Below, piece after piece: positions 1 through 10,343 of a DNA stretch of 64,000 nt (its first letter is position 1; the number at the start of each line of letters is the position of its first letter). This DNA comes from Candidatus Obscuribacteraceae bacterium (GTDB taxonomy: Bacteria > Cyanobacteriota > Vampirovibrionia > Obscuribacterales > Obscuribacteraceae): contig JBGASG010000004.1 in the NCBI GenBank assembly GCA_044229845.1, forward strand, positions 1 to 64,000. The letters are read 5' to 3'. The position numbers and the translations under genes are program-made. Below the pieces are notes generated by a model. It saw nothing but the letters and a program-made list of their open reading frames with translations. It had not been told where the DNA came from and did no database searches.

Positions 1-838
1 AGATCTTGAAGTTGGTCGGGTCTAATTCCGCCGCGCGATTTAAGTCATGAATGGCGCGCGGCACTTTGCCGTTTCTGATCAAAGCGATCGCGCGGTGCAA
101 AAGTGCCGCCGGAAAGTCAGCCTTCAACTTGACCGATTGCTCGAAGTCTTCCAGGGCGGCATCATGCTCACCCAGTTCGTCGCGCGCCACGCCGCGCACA
201 AAATATGCTTCAGCGAAATTTGGATTGATGCGCAACACCTGATTGCAATCAGCGATTGCTTCCTGGAACTTGCCCAGTTCGCTGTAGCAAAAGCCTCTGT
301 GCCAGTAGGCATTGAGGTTGTCCGGCTGCGAAACAATCGCTTCATCGAGGTCGGCAATCGCCCGTCGATATTGACGCAGCGAACTGTAAGCCTGTCCGCG
401 CATGAGCAGCGAATTGGCATCGCCGGGAGCCAGCTGCAATGCGATGTTGAAGTTGTCGATCGCCAGCTCGTGCTCACCCAGTTCGCCATACGCAAAGCCT
501 CGCCCAAAGTAGGCTTCAACAAACTCCGGCGACAAGCGAATCGCCTCGTGATAATCGTTGATCGCCTCTTCGAAATGCTTGAGCTGCGCATGGCAAAGGG
601 CGCGACGGTAATGCGCGTTGGCGCGCTCCGGCTGCAAGCGAATCACCTGGGTGAAGTCACCGACCGCATCTTCATAAGCAGCATTGATGCTGTTGGCTAA
701 ACCACGCAAATAGTGAGCTTCTACTAATTCGGAATCCAGACCGATGGACCGATTGAAGGCATGCAACGCTCTTTTCGGATCGCCACTTTCCAGATAGCCG
801 ATGCCTCGCTTAAGATGCTCGAGTGCCTTTAGATTCAT
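1..838 (-). CDS. TPR-repeat protein (partial, runs off window start)
   Basis: Not in ORF track. Manual translation from ATG at 838: MNLKALEHLKRGIGYLESGDPKRALHAFNRSIGLDSELVEAHYLRGLANSINAAYEDAVGDFTQVIRLQPERANAHYRRA..., ending AIHDLNRAAELDPTNFKI at the edge; repeated TPR-like helical units. Confidence 0.85.
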   Translation of the reverse strand, partial: MNLKALEHLKRGIGYLESGDPKRALHAFNRSIGLDSELVEAHYLRGLANSINAAYEDAVGDFTQVIRLQPERANAHYRRALCHAQLKHFEEAINDYHEAIRLSPEFVEAYFGRGFAYGELGEHELAIDNFNIALQLAPGDANSLLMRGQAYSSLRQYRRAIADLDEAIVSQPDNLNAYWHRGFCYSELGKFQEAIADCNQVLRINPNFAEAYFVRGVARDELGEHDAALEDFEQSVKLKADFPAALLHRAIALIRNGKVPRAIHDLNRAAELDPTNFKI

Positions 839-973
839 GTTACTCAGTTTGCTCTGCTCGGATGCCGGTAGTGAACTATAGAGGCTCAATCCAGCGATTG
901 TTATTTGATACTAATAATGTTCGTAAATTCGTGATCAGTTGACGTCCTGATAACGTGTGGTTGAATCATAGGG

Positions 974-1918
974 ATGCACAAATCAAGAGTTTCACCAGTT
1001 TCAATAGTGATCGTCAACTGGAAGACGCCGGAGCTGCTGGCCAGCTGCCTGGACTCTGTCTTTGCCGACAGCAACAGTTCCACGTTCGACGTCTGGGTAG
1101 TGGACAACGCCTCCGGCGACAATAGTCTGCAGATTCTTGCTGAACGGTTTCCGACGGTCAACGTCATCGCCAATCAGGAGAATGTCGGCTTTGCGCGCGC
1201 CTGCAATCAGGCTTTCACCCGCGTGCGCGGCAGGCACATCTTGCTCCTCAACCCCGACACGTTGGTCGTGGGTGACGCAGTCAGCGCCATGCAGGAGTAT
1301 CTTGACACACATCCGAGCTGCGGCGCCGTCGGTCCGAAGGTGCTCAACATGGATGGTACTCTGCAGTTAGCTTGCCGGAGATCGTTTCCGTCGCCAACAG
1401 CCGCTTTCTTCCGACTTACCTATTTGAGCCGCCTCTTCCCGAACAATCCAACGTTCGCTCGCTACAACCTGACCTACGCCGACCCCGACACAGAGCTGGA
1501 AGTCGATGCGTTGTCCGGTGCCTGCATGATGGTGCGGCGCCGAGTTATCGAACAGGTTGGCCTGCTCGACGAAGCCATCTTTATGTTCGGCGAAGACATC
1601 GACTGGTGCTGGCGCTTCAAGCAAGCTGGCTGGACGGTCAATTACTTGCCGCAGGCCGTTGTCTTCCACTATCACGGAGCATCATCGCGCTTGCGCCCCG
1701 TTGGTGCCACCATCAACCTGCACAAGGGTATGGATGTGTTCTATCGCAAGCACCTGGCGCCCAACTATCCGGCACCATTCAACTGGCTGGTTTATGCCGC
1801 CATCTGGTCGCGAGCCGGGCTCTTCGTGGCGCTCTCGACCATTAAGGGCGTGCGGCGCGCACCCAAGGCTGTGGACATCGATTCACTCGTCGCCGCAGGT
1901 GAACGCACGGCGCGATGA
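974..1918 (+). CDS. Glycosyltransferase family 2 (WbbL/rhamnosyltransferase-like)
   Basis: SIVIVNW, VVDNASGD, NVGFARACN, LLNPD, SGACMM, FMFGEDIDW motifs. Confidence 0.9.
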   Translation: MHKSRVSPVSIVIVNWKTPELLASCLDSVFADSNSSTFDVWVVDNASGDNSLQILAERFPTVNVIANQENVGFARACNQAFTRVRGRHILLLNPDTLVVGDAVSAMQEYLDTHPSCGAVGPKVLNMDGTLQLACRRSFPSPTAAFFRLTYLSRLFPNNPTFARYNLTYADPDTELEVDALSGACMMVRRRVIEQVGLLDEAIFMFGEDIDWCWRFKQAGWTVNYLPQAVVFHYHGASSRLRPVGATINLHKGMDVFYRKHLAPNYPAPFNWLVYAAIWSRAGLFVALSTIKGVRRAPKAVDIDSLVAAGERTAR

Positions 1919-2898
1919 TTCTGATCACAGGTGCGAACGGACTGATTGGACGAGCGCTGACCGCGCTTTACCTGAAATCAGGTCAGTCGCTGCGCTTGCA
2001 CGTGCGCAGCCGCGCCGCCTTGATCACCGTCTTTCCAGACATCGACAAGCATCCCAATGTGGATATTGTCGAGCAAGAACTCGGGGCTGCGAAGTTTGAC
2101 GACATGCGCAAGCTGGTCACCGGATGTGACACCATCGTCCACACTGCGGCGCTTGTGCACAACGCGCAATCAAGTGCCGACAGCTACCGCATCTTAAATC
2201 TGGAAGCGACCCAGCTGCTCGCACTGGCAGCCCGCGAGCTGGGCGTCGGCACGTTTGTCTTTCTCTCCACAATTGCGGTATACGGACCCGGTCCGTACGA
2301 GAATATCGGTGAAGATGCGGTGCCCAATCCCGACACGCCGTACGCCATGACTAAGCTGTCCTGCGAAAACGCATTGCGTCAATTGCCTCCCGCTCAGCGC
2401 ACAATCATCTTCCGCTGTTCACTGGTATTTGGAGAGGGTGATCGCGGCAACATGCTCTCTTTAATCCGCCAGATCTCGCGCAAAAGGTTTGTCCACCCAG
2501 GCGCGTCGCGCGCGCGCAAGAGCTTGATTTACGCAGGCGACGTCGCCGATGCCATCGCTCACAGCATCGAGAAGGTGGACCCCGGAGTGCACACGTTCAA
2601 TCTGGCCAACGAACATGCACCGGATGTGCGCACACTCGCCGAAATGATTCGCGAAGCGGTGGGCACGGAGCGTCCGATTCCGACAATACCGCCGGCGGTG
2701 CTAACTGCCAGCGGTTTCGTCATGGAAAAGGTACTCGGGCACAGGGCACCTTTGACGCGAGAGAAATTGCGCAAGCTGGTGACATCCAATTCTTGCTCGG
2801 TCGGGCGGCTGCGCGAAACCGGTTTTGTGGCGCGCACGCCGTTGCGTTCGGCGCTGCACGCCGAGGTAGTCTGGGCGCGGGAGAACGGATTGCTCTAG
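1915..2898 (+). CDS. NAD-dependent epimerase/dehydratase (extended SDR)
   Basis: ILITGANGLIG Rossmann motif, YAMTK catalytic YxxxK; ATGA overlap with upstream GT2. Confidence 0.9.
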   Translation: MILITGANGLIGRALTALYLKSGQSLRLHVRSRAALITVFPDIDKHPNVDIVEQELGAAKFDDMRKLVTGCDTIVHTAALVHNAQSSADSYRILNLEATQLLALAARELGVGTFVFLSTIAVYGPGPYENIGEDAVPNPDTPYAMTKLSCENALRQLPPAQRTIIFRCSLVFGEGDRGNMLSLIRQISRKRFVHPGASRARKSLIYAGDVADAIAHSIEKVDPGVHTFNLANEHAPDVRTLAEMIREAVGTERPIPTIPPAVLTASGFVMEKVLGHRAPLTREKLRKLVTSNSCSVGRLRETGFVARTPLRSALHAEVVWARENGLL

Positions 2899-2917
2899 AG
2901 TTCCGGGGCTCTGGAGT

Positions 2918-3766
2918 TTAGGGACTTGCCTTCTTGGACAGGGGCAAGATTTTCGCCAGCTCAATGACGAAGCCGGTGCGTCCGTTCTCTTTGTAATTGG
3001 GAATTTGGAAGCCGGCATACAAAGTGTAGTCGCGTGGGAATGCGTAGGAAAAGCCTGGAATGAAGAGTCCCAGCGAATGGCGTCCGGAAAACCAGTCAAG
3101 TTGCAGGTCCATATTTTTAGTCAGGTCGTGCTCGATACCACCGATGAAGCAGACTACGTCGCGTCCAAATATCTGGCGCGTGCCGGCAGACACGCCGGCA
3201 GTCACGCGTGACCGCAACTTCGGCAAGCGACCGCTCACGTGCGCGTACGTCCACGATCCGCAACTTTGATCGCCCTGCAATTGAATGGGCAACAGCTCGC
3301 CGACCGTAATCTTGTAGTCGCGTACAGGAAATCGATTTTTGAAAATCGGTATGCAGGATTTCGCTCCCACTCCCATCGATATATTGTGTGTACTGGGCGC
3401 CGTTATGTTCAGCATCGTCAAATCAAGTTCGGTGTTGGCGCCTATTCCAACAGCCTGGTACTGAGTTCCGGCATAAAACTCTCCGGGCGGGTAGGGACGG
3501 AACTGTCCTTCGTTCTGAAGGAACACTTTTCCCTTCTCGGTTACGGTGGCACTGGGGACGTTAAAGATTGTCTGCTGCGCTGCGGACTGAGGTGGAGTCA
3601 AAAACAAGAGTAAGGAAAGAAAAGACAGCGTCAAACAGCAGAGCGAAGCGGGATTGTCTAGTCCTCGCGGCGCAAATAATCCGCTAAAACCCAAATCGCC
3701 CGAACGGGCCAATCTACTAGTAAACAGGCTGCCTTGCACGCGAAGATCATAGATCGCCAAGGTCAA
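2918..3766 (-). CDS. Hypothetical exported, beta-strand-rich protein (true start probably downstream of 3766)
   Basis: Long ORF; hydrophobic signal-like stretch ending SAAQQ, then alternating hydrophobic/aromatic strands. Confidence 0.6.
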   Translation of the reverse strand: MTLAIYDLRVQGSLFTSRLARSGDLGFSGLFAPRGLDNPASLCCLTLSFLSLLLFLTPPQSAAQQTIFNVPSATVTEKGKVFLQNEGQFRPYPPGEFYAGTQYQAVGIGANTELDLTMLNITAPSTHNISMGVGAKSCIPIFKNRFPVRDYKITVGELLPIQLQGDQSCGSWTYAHVSGRLPKLRSRVTAGVSAGTRQIFGRDVVCFIGGIEHDLTKNMDLQLDWFSGRHSLGLFIPGFSYAFPRDYTLYAGFQIPNYKENGRTGFVIELAKILPLSKKASP

Positions 3767-4122
3767 AAAAGCGTAAAAGCCAGCCGGCTGGCAAGATGCA
3801 AATGTGCACGCTCTGTGCCGTGGGTTCGTCGCAGTTCCTGTCGCGACTTGCGACCAATCTTATCTGACAGTCCCTATATATAGGATTGCCGATCGTCGAA
3901 ATTCACCACTTGAGTACTTGGGGATTTCTTGGTAGGCTCAGCGAGTAGTCCTAGGGGTTAACCTGTAGTGCCGGGTTTGCTTTGACAAGCCGGTGCCTCA
4001 CGTATTGGCGCATTCGGGGCTTCGGTCTTGTAACAAAATTGAAAAGATTAAAATCAAGGGTTTTTCTCGATTTGAGTCGGGTTTAATATTAAAGACTTGC
4101 GTTTGGTACGAGGTGAAGGTTC

Positions 4123-4697
4123 TTGAAAATCCTCATAATCGAAGATGACGTCAACATCGCCCGCCTAATTGAATTGGAATTAGGTTACGAGGGCTATCAG
4201 GTGTGCGTCGCCCACGAAGGTAATCAGGGCATTGATGTGTTCAAAAAAGAGCAGCCTGACCTCGTGCTGCTGGACGTCATGCTCTCGACAGCGGTGCTGA
4301 CGACTACCTAACCAAACCATTCGCAACCGAAGAATTACTCGCCCGCATCCGCGCAGTCATGCGCCGCAAGCCGCAAGAGGGCATTCTCACTTACGCAGAC
4401 CTCTGGATGGACCAGTTGAATCGGGTAGTCAAACGCGGCGAGCGTCAACTCGACCTGCGCGCCAAAGAATTCGACCTGCTCAGACTGTTCATGCAGTATC
4501 CGGAGCAAGTGCTGTCGCGCGAATTCATTTTCGACAAAGTCTGGGGCTATGACTTCATCGGCGAATCAAACGTCATCGAAGTGTATATCCGATATTTGCG
4601 CTCCAAGCTGGAAGACGGCAACGCCAAGCGCCTGATCCAGACAGTTCGCGGCGAAGGCTATGTCCTGCGCGAGGAAGAGCCGGCTACCGTCCGGTAA
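4123..4697 (+). pseudogene. OmpR-family response regulator (NblR/MprA-like) with internal deletion and frameshift
   Basis: Frame 1 KILIIEDD...LVLLDVML jumps at ~4284 to another frame reading [23 protein letters not shown]...[21 protein letters not shown]; central receiver segment absent. Confidence 0.85.
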
Positions 4698-4722
4698 TCT
4701 CCCACAACCAGTATATGTATTC

Positions 4723-4750
4723 AAAAGGCGGCCCTCGCGGGTCGCCTTTT
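4723..4750 (+). terminator. Intrinsic terminator (possibly bidirectional)
   Basis: AAAAGGCGGCCC-TCGC-GGGTCGCCTTTT just after the regulator stop. Confidence 0.8.
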
Positions 4751-4765
4751 CATTTCGTGGTTGAA

Positions 4766-4801
4766 CCGAAAAACTGAATTGATATCAATTCAGTTTTTCG
4801 G
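4766..4801. repeat. Perfect 36-bp palindrome, no spacer
   Basis: CCGAAAAACTGAATTGAT|ATCAATTCAGTTTTTCGG. Confidence 0.95.
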
Positions 4802-5002
4802 CGCGGCTCCCTCCGAGCAGGCGCGGCATTACGGAATGTGCCCGAAAACGGCTACCAAGTGGGAAATTCTCTCTCATGCCATGCAGACAAGTGGCGATTA
4901 GTCAACCCCCTTTAGATATTTTCGTTGTCTACTAAACATATCAATCCCTGCGCTTAACAATCGTTCTTGGGAAAATCCGCATAGGAACATGAGTTATGGC
5001 AC

Positions 5003-5037
5003 TTGCACGGTTTACCCGTGTAAAGTTATGATAACTT
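5003..5037 (+). promoter_or_regulatory. Putative sigma70 promoter overlapped by an operator-like dyad
   Basis: TTGCAC-N18-TATGAT; dyad AAGTTAT-G-ATAACTT at 5023-5037 covers the -10. Confidence 0.45.
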
Positions 5038-5081
5038 CATAAGGTTGGCTGTCCCGGCCAGCGAAGGAAACGAGGTTCATC

Positions 5082-5354
5082 ATGTCCGCGGCCCGAAACA
5101 CTCCACGCACTTTCTCCTCCCACGAGCCATACTTCCTGGAGATTCTTTCGCAGAACTCTCAAGGATGGCAGATCTGCTTGCCGCCCGGCTTGCAGATTCA
5201 CCAGGGCGAGCTGGAGTTGTTGCTCAACAAAGTATTCGGTGGACGCCCGCACACCTCGGACAATCTGGAACTGGCTCAGCAACTGACTATCAATTGGTGT
5301 GTCTCCAAATGCCGCAAAGAAGGCATCAAGTTGGAAGACTGCTGGCCTAGATAG
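5082..5354 (+). CDS. Small hypothetical protein (90 aa)
   Basis: GAGG RBS upstream, candidate promoter upstream, terminator downstream. Confidence 0.65.
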   Translation: MSAARNTPRTFSSHEPYFLEILSQNSQGWQICLPPGLQIHQGELELLLNKVFGGRPHTSDNLELAQQLTINWCVSKCRKEGIKLEDCWPR

Positions 5355-5387
5355 CCCCCAGCTCGATCAGCAGCCTCCATAGAAAAG

Positions 5388-5422
5388 AAACTCGCGGCGC
5401 ATGACCGCGAGTTTGTGTTTTT
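5388..5422. terminator. Bidirectional terminator between convergent genes
   Basis: AAACTCGCGG-CGCATGA-CCGCGAGTTT with A-rich and T-rich flanks. Confidence 0.75.
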
Positions 5423-5440
5423 GCGCCTAGTCCGGCAGGG

Positions 5441-7918
5441 TTACTCTTCGCCGCCGCCTGCTTCGTTGTCGGCTTGTCCTTCGACGAACGGCGTGACGTT
5501 CATGACGCTGTCGTCTTCCGCCAGCTGTTGCAGGCGCACGCCTGTCGCCATGCGGCCCTGGGCACTGATCTGGTCTGTCTGCTGACGGACGATCACACCA
5601 TTTGCGGTGGCAATCATTACTTCGTCACCCGGCTGCAGGAAGCGCAAGCAAGCCATGCGCGACTGCGCGTTCTTGAACTTGGTGCCGATGATACCGATAC
5701 CGCCGCGTCCTTGTTGGCGGAACTCGTCCAGTTTGACGCGCTTGCCGAAACCGTCGTTGGTGACAATCAGGACATAACCGTCCGGCTTGGCTTCAACTAC
5801 ATCGAAGCCGACAATCTTGTCGCCTTCACGCAATGTGATGGCGCGCACACCGCGCGCGGAGCGTCCGAGCGGACGCAGCTCTTCTTCGCTGTAGCGAATG
5901 CACATACCGTCGCCGGTGCCGATAATGATGTCGCACTTGCCGTTGGAAGGACGCACCCAGCCTAATTCGTCGCCGTCGCCGAGTGTGATGGCGATGATGC
6001 CCGACCGGCGCACGTTGGCGAAATCGGTCATGGCGACTTTCTTGATCGATCCCTGCTGGGTGAGCATGACGAAATACGAGTCGTCGCCGAATACCGAAAC
6101 GGGAAGCACCGCGGTGACTGATTCGTTTTGTTGTATCGGAATCAAATTGACGATCGCCAGACCGCGAGCGTTGCGGCTGCCTTCCGGTACGTCCATCACT
6201 TCAATCGAGTAGACCTGACCACGGCTGGTGAACACGAGCAGTTTGTCGTGCATGTTGGCCGTGAAGAAGTGCTGCAGATCGTCCTCGTCTTTTGTCTTCA
6301 CGCCGCTGACGCCGCGGGTGTTGCGACGCTGCTTGCGGAAAGTATCGAGCGGCACGCGCTTGATGTAGTCTTGCTTTGTGATGAAGACGGCCATCGGCTC
6401 GTTGGGAGTGAGGTCTTTGCGATCCAGTTCGAGATCGGCGGAGCTGCCTTCAATTTTGGTGCGGCGCTCGTCACCGAATTTTTCTTTGAGGGCGCGCAGT
6501 TCGCCTTTGATGATGTCGAGAACGCGTTGACGATTAGCCAGAATGTCTTTGAAGTCTTTGATCTGGGCGACGAGCTCGTCGTGTTCCTTTTGCAACTTGT
6601 CGCGTTCTAATCCTGTCAACCTGCGCAGTTGCATTTCTAGAATCGCGTTGGCTTGCACCTCGCTCATCTTGAACTTCGCGATTAAGCCCTGCCGCGCTTC
6701 GTCGACTTCTTTAGCGCCGCGAATGATCTTGATGACGGCGTCGATGTTCTCTTGCGCTTTGATCAAACCCTCGACGATATGCAGGCGATCTTCGGCTTTC
6801 TTCAAGAAGTAGCGGGTGCGCCTGGTCACCACTTCGATGCGGTGATCGATGAATTCCTGGATCAGGTCTTCCAGCTTCAAAGTAGCCGGACGTCCACGCA
6901 CCAGAGCCAGCGTGTTGACCGGGAACGATTGCTGAAGCTGAGTTTGCTTGTACAGGTTGTTGAGAATAACTTGCGGGTTTGCGTCACGTTTCAATTCGAT
7001 AACGACACGCAGACCGGTGCGATCCGTTTCGTCGTTGACATCGCTGATGCCGGTGAGCTTTTCATCTTTGACCAGGTCGGCAACACGCTTGGCGAAGGCT
7101 TCCGGACCCACCATGTAAGGCAGCGAGGTGACGATGATACCGGTGCGCGATTGCCTGCCACCACTGCCGGGAATCGTGTCGATAGCCGCGTCACCGCGGC
7201 ACATGATCGAACCTCTGCCCGTGGTGTAGGCTTCGACGATACCGTCCTGACCCATGATCGTTCCACCATGCGGGAAGTCAGGGCCTTTGACGTACTGCAT
7301 CAGTGAACGCGAATCCATGTCGGGATTGTCGATTTTGGCGATGCAACCGTCCACGACTTCGCTCAAGTTGTGCGGCGGAATGTTGGTTGCCATACCGACG
7401 GCAATTCCGGAAGAGCCGTTAAGCAAGAGCGACGGCACGCGGGTTGGCAGAACTACCGGTTCCTTTTTACTGTCGTCGAAGTTGGCGCGCATATCGACCG
7501 TTTCCGCTTCGATATCTTCGAGCGTCCAGGTCGCCATCTGCGAAAGACGTGCTTCCGTGTAGCGCATAGCAGCCGGCGGGTTATCGAGGTCGCCGAAGTT
7601 GCCGTGTCCATCGACCAGCACATATCGGCTTGCCGACGGCTGTGCCAGGCGAACCAATGCTTCGTAAATGGCCGAGTCGCCGTGCGGGTGGTAGTTACCC
7701 ATCACGTGTCCGACGGTCGTCGCCGACTTCTTGTACTTTTGATCAGGATAAGTGTTCTGCTCGTGCATGCCGAAGATGATGCGCCGGTGCACCGGCTTCA
7801 AGCCGTCGCGGACGTCGGGAATGGCGCGACTGACAATGACTGACATTGCATAGTCAATGAACGACTTGCGCATCTCATCGCGCAATTCGACCGAAACAAT
7901 TCTTTCGCCGCTAGTCAA
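5441..7918 (-). CDS. gyrA: DNA gyrase subunit A
   Basis: [37 protein letters not shown] (catalytic Tyr), GyrA-box-like QRRNTRG, C-terminal pinwheel repeats; TTG start with GAGGAG RBS. Confidence 0.97.
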   Translation of the reverse strand: MTSGERIVSVELRDEMRKSFIDYAMSVIVSRAIPDVRDGLKPVHRRIIFGMHEQNTYPDQKYKKSATTVGHVMGNYHPHGDSAIYEALVRLAQPSASRYVLVDGHGNFGDLDNPPAAMRYTEARLSQMATWTLEDIEAETVDMRANFDDSKKEPVVLPTRVPSLLLNGSSGIAVGMATNIPPHNLSEVVDGCIAKIDNPDMDSRSLMQYVKGPDFPHGGTIMGQDGIVEAYTTGRGSIMCRGDAAIDTIPGSGGRQSRTGIIVTSLPYMVGPEAFAKRVADLVKDEKLTGISDVNDETDRTGLRVVIELKRDANPQVILNNLYKQTQLQQSFPVNTLALVRGRPATLKLEDLIQEFIDHRIEVVTRRTRYFLKKAEDRLHIVEGLIKAQENIDAVIKIIRGAKEVDEARQGLIAKFKMSEVQANAILEMQLRRLTGLERDKLQKEHDELVAQIKDFKDILANRQRVLDIIKGELRALKEKFGDERRTKIEGSSADLELDRKDLTPNEPMAVFITKQDYIKRVPLDTFRKQRRNTRGVSGVKTKDEDDLQHFFTANMHDKLLVFTSRGQVYSIEVMDVPEGSRNARGLAIVNLIPIQQNESVTAVLPVSVFGDDSYFVMLTQQGSIKKVAMTDFANVRRSGIIAITLGDGDELGWVRPSNGKCDIIIGTGDGMCIRYSEEELRPLGRSARGVRAITLREGDKIVGFDVVEAKPDGYVLIVTNDGFGKRVKLDEFRQQGRGGIGIIGTKFKNAQSRMACLRFLQPGDEVMIATANGVIVRQQTDQISAQGRMATGVRLQQLAEDDSVMNVTPFVEGQADNEAGGGEE

Positions 7919-8201
7919 TTCGATTCTCCTCAGATGCCCTGAAATTGGCGTTGGCGGTCATCTTCAGCGTGACATTTGGTTTAGAAACAACTAAACGCGC
8001 CATCGACTGGCAATGTCTGCCCAACGCGAGCAAAACCTTCGAAATCCGCATGGAGCCTGATTCCGAAACCCTGAATAAGTATAACATGCAACGTTTCAGC
8101 CGCTCCTGAAGCCCAGTTCAGCCATATATAATGTCCATCTGTCGCCAAAATAAGTTGTTGAGTGACGCGCAGCACTCTGTTTAAGATCCCCGGGAGCACC
8201 G

Positions 8202-9767
8202 ATGAAAACTGTATCTAGCGAGGACAAGGGGCAAAAGCCGGCCATGGACATGGAAGCCGAAAGCAATCGTTTTCGTGAAGAAAAGCTGCGTAAACTCAAC
8301 CAGCTGAAGGATTTGGGCATCAACCCCTATCCATATCGCTTCGAGCGCACCCACAAGGCAATCGAGCTGCAGGAGCTTTTCGCTGATTTGGAAGCAGGAG
8401 CCGAAACCGACACCCAGGTCAAGGTTTGCGGACGCATCCTCAACGAGCGCAACACCTGGATGTTTGCCGATCTTTACGATGAATCGGGCAAGATTCAGCT
8501 GTTTCATCACAAAGAAAGCCTGCCCGAAGACAAGCTGAAACTGCTCAAACTCTTCGACAAGGGCGACTTCCTGGGCGCCACGGGCACGGTGCGCCGGACC
8601 AAAGCCGGCGAGCTGTCCATTCGTGTCACCGATTTCGAACTACTCGGCAAGTCACTGCAGATGCTGCCGGACGGCTGGGAGGGTTTCAAGGATGTGGAAG
8701 CCCGCTATCGCCATCGCTACCTAGACTTGATCATGAATCCGGAGCAGCGAGAGAAACTGCGCAAGCGCAGCCTCCTGGTGCGGACGATGCGCGAGTATCT
8801 CGACAGCCGCGGTTTCTATGAAATCGAAACGCCGGTTTTGCAGACCGAAGCGGGCGGAGCCGATGCGCGCCCGTTCATCACGCATCACAACACGCTCGAT
8901 ATAGACATGTATCTGCGCATCGCCACCGAACTGCACCTGAAAAGACTGATCATCGGCGGCTTCGAAAAGGTCTACGACATCGGGCGCATCTTCCGCAACG
9001 AGGGCATTTCCACCAAACACAACCCCGAGTTCACCATGATGGAGTTGTATCAAGCCTACGGTGACTACAACGATCTTATGGAACTGGTCGAAGAGATGAC
9101 ACTGAATATAGTGCATGTCGTTTGCGGCGGCGAAAACAAAGTCAACTATCAGGGCACCGAAATCGACTTCAGTCGCCCCTGGAAGCGAGTGACGATGGCG
9201 CAAGCTATTAAAGATGCCACCGGACTCGATGTGGAAACGCTGGCCGATTTCGAAGCAGCCAAAGCAGCCGCACACAAGTTGGGCATCGAGATCAAAGATG
9301 AGGATTCGAGGGGAGGAGTAATCAACCGCATCTTCGAAGAGAAAGCCGAAGAGACGCTGATTCAGCCGACCTTCCTGCTCGACTACCCGGTTGAGATTTC
9401 ACCCTTAACGAAAGTGCACAGGGAAAAGCCAGGTCTGGTGGAGCGCTTTGAACTTTTTATCTATGGTCGCGAGCACGGCAACGGCTACAGCGAATTGACC
9501 GATCCGCTAGACCAGCGCGCTCGTTTGGAGGATCAGCAGCGCAAGAGATCCGCCGGAAACGAAGAAGCACAACCTATGGATCAAGACTTCATATTAGCCA
9601 TGGAATACGGAATGCCGCCTACAATGGGAGTAGGGATCGGCATCGATCGCCTGTGCATGATCCTCACTGACTCACCGTCAATCCGGGACGTCATCGCGTT
9701 CCCAACCATGAAGCCCCTCGGCCCGCAAGCCGGCGGCGCAGACTCGGCAGACCCAGGCGAGAGCTAA
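8202..9767 (+). CDS. lysS: Lysine--tRNA ligase (class II)
   Basis: RYRHRYLDL, GGADARPF, YLRIATELHLKRL, FRNEG, HNPEFT, YGMPPTMGVGIGIDR. Confidence 0.97.
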   Translation: MKTVSSEDKGQKPAMDMEAESNRFREEKLRKLNQLKDLGINPYPYRFERTHKAIELQELFADLEAGAETDTQVKVCGRILNERNTWMFADLYDESGKIQLFHHKESLPEDKLKLLKLFDKGDFLGATGTVRRTKAGELSIRVTDFELLGKSLQMLPDGWEGFKDVEARYRHRYLDLIMNPEQREKLRKRSLLVRTMREYLDSRGFYEIETPVLQTEAGGADARPFITHHNTLDIDMYLRIATELHLKRLIIGGFEKVYDIGRIFRNEGISTKHNPEFTMMELYQAYGDYNDLMELVEEMTLNIVHVVCGGENKVNYQGTEIDFSRPWKRVTMAQAIKDATGLDVETLADFEAAKAAAHKLGIEIKDEDSRGGVINRIFEEKAEETLIQPTFLLDYPVEISPLTKVHREKPGLVERFELFIYGREHGNGYSELTDPLDQRARLEDQQRKRSAGNEEAQPMDQDFILAMEYGMPPTMGVGIGIDRLCMILTDSPSIRDVIAFPTMKPLGPQAGGADSADPGES

Positions 9768-9817
9768 AATCAGATCAGTGCGAAAACAGGTATCCCGCGC
9801 TCCACAGGTAACCCGCT

Positions 9818-10336
9818 ATGGGTCTTTCACGTTTCTATCTCTACCAAGGTTACGTTGTCGTTCCCACCGTCGCGCAATCAGCTGAAGAAGGCTTCTACAT
9901 GGATGTGGAGCCGATCCGCCTGGTTGACTCCAATCACAAAAACGAACTGCATGAACTGCTAGTGAATGCACTCACCAGCGAAAACCCGGTAGTTCCGACC
10001 CCGGATATTCACGAGAAGGGCAGCTCGGCTGTCCTTGAGCGGCTTGGTCTCAAAAAATGGATGCACTTTGAGAAACTGGCCACCATGTACACCGTGCATC
10101 GCAGTGACACCGCCCTGTCCGTGTATCGCACAGGACATGGTCCCGACGAACTGTGGACCAAGGATGATTCCAGCGACCGCACATTTCCATCCGACGACGC
10201 TGAAAGCGCGGCCATCTACATCATGTCCGACATCGCTGCAATCGAAGCGCTCAAGCCGGCTCCTCTGGGGCTGCCCGGCCCGGTGTCGCGCGGCATTCTG
10301 CTCGGGCCGCCGCGCGAAAAGACAACGCACTCCTGA
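9818..10336 (+). CDS. Hypothetical protein
   Basis: 172-aa ORF following lysS on the same strand; no motif recognised. Confidence 0.65.
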   Translation: MGLSRFYLYQGYVVVPTVAQSAEEGFYMDVEPIRLVDSNHKNELHELLVNALTSENPVVPTPDIHEKGSSAVLERLGLKKWMHFEKLATMYTVHRSDTALSVYRTGHGPDELWTKDDSSDRTFPSDDAESAAIYIMSDIAAIEALKPAPLGLPGPVSRGILLGPPREKTTHS

Positions 10337-10343
10337 AGAAAAC

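Noticed and set aside
47..700. 217-aa + strand ORF
   Set aside because: Antisense shadow of the minus-strand TPR gene (1-838)
4270..4320. Programmed ribosomal frameshifting as the explanation for the split genes
   Set aside because: No slippery sequence, and conserved blocks are physically missing, so frameshifting could not restore function (same for ~32530 and ~60209)
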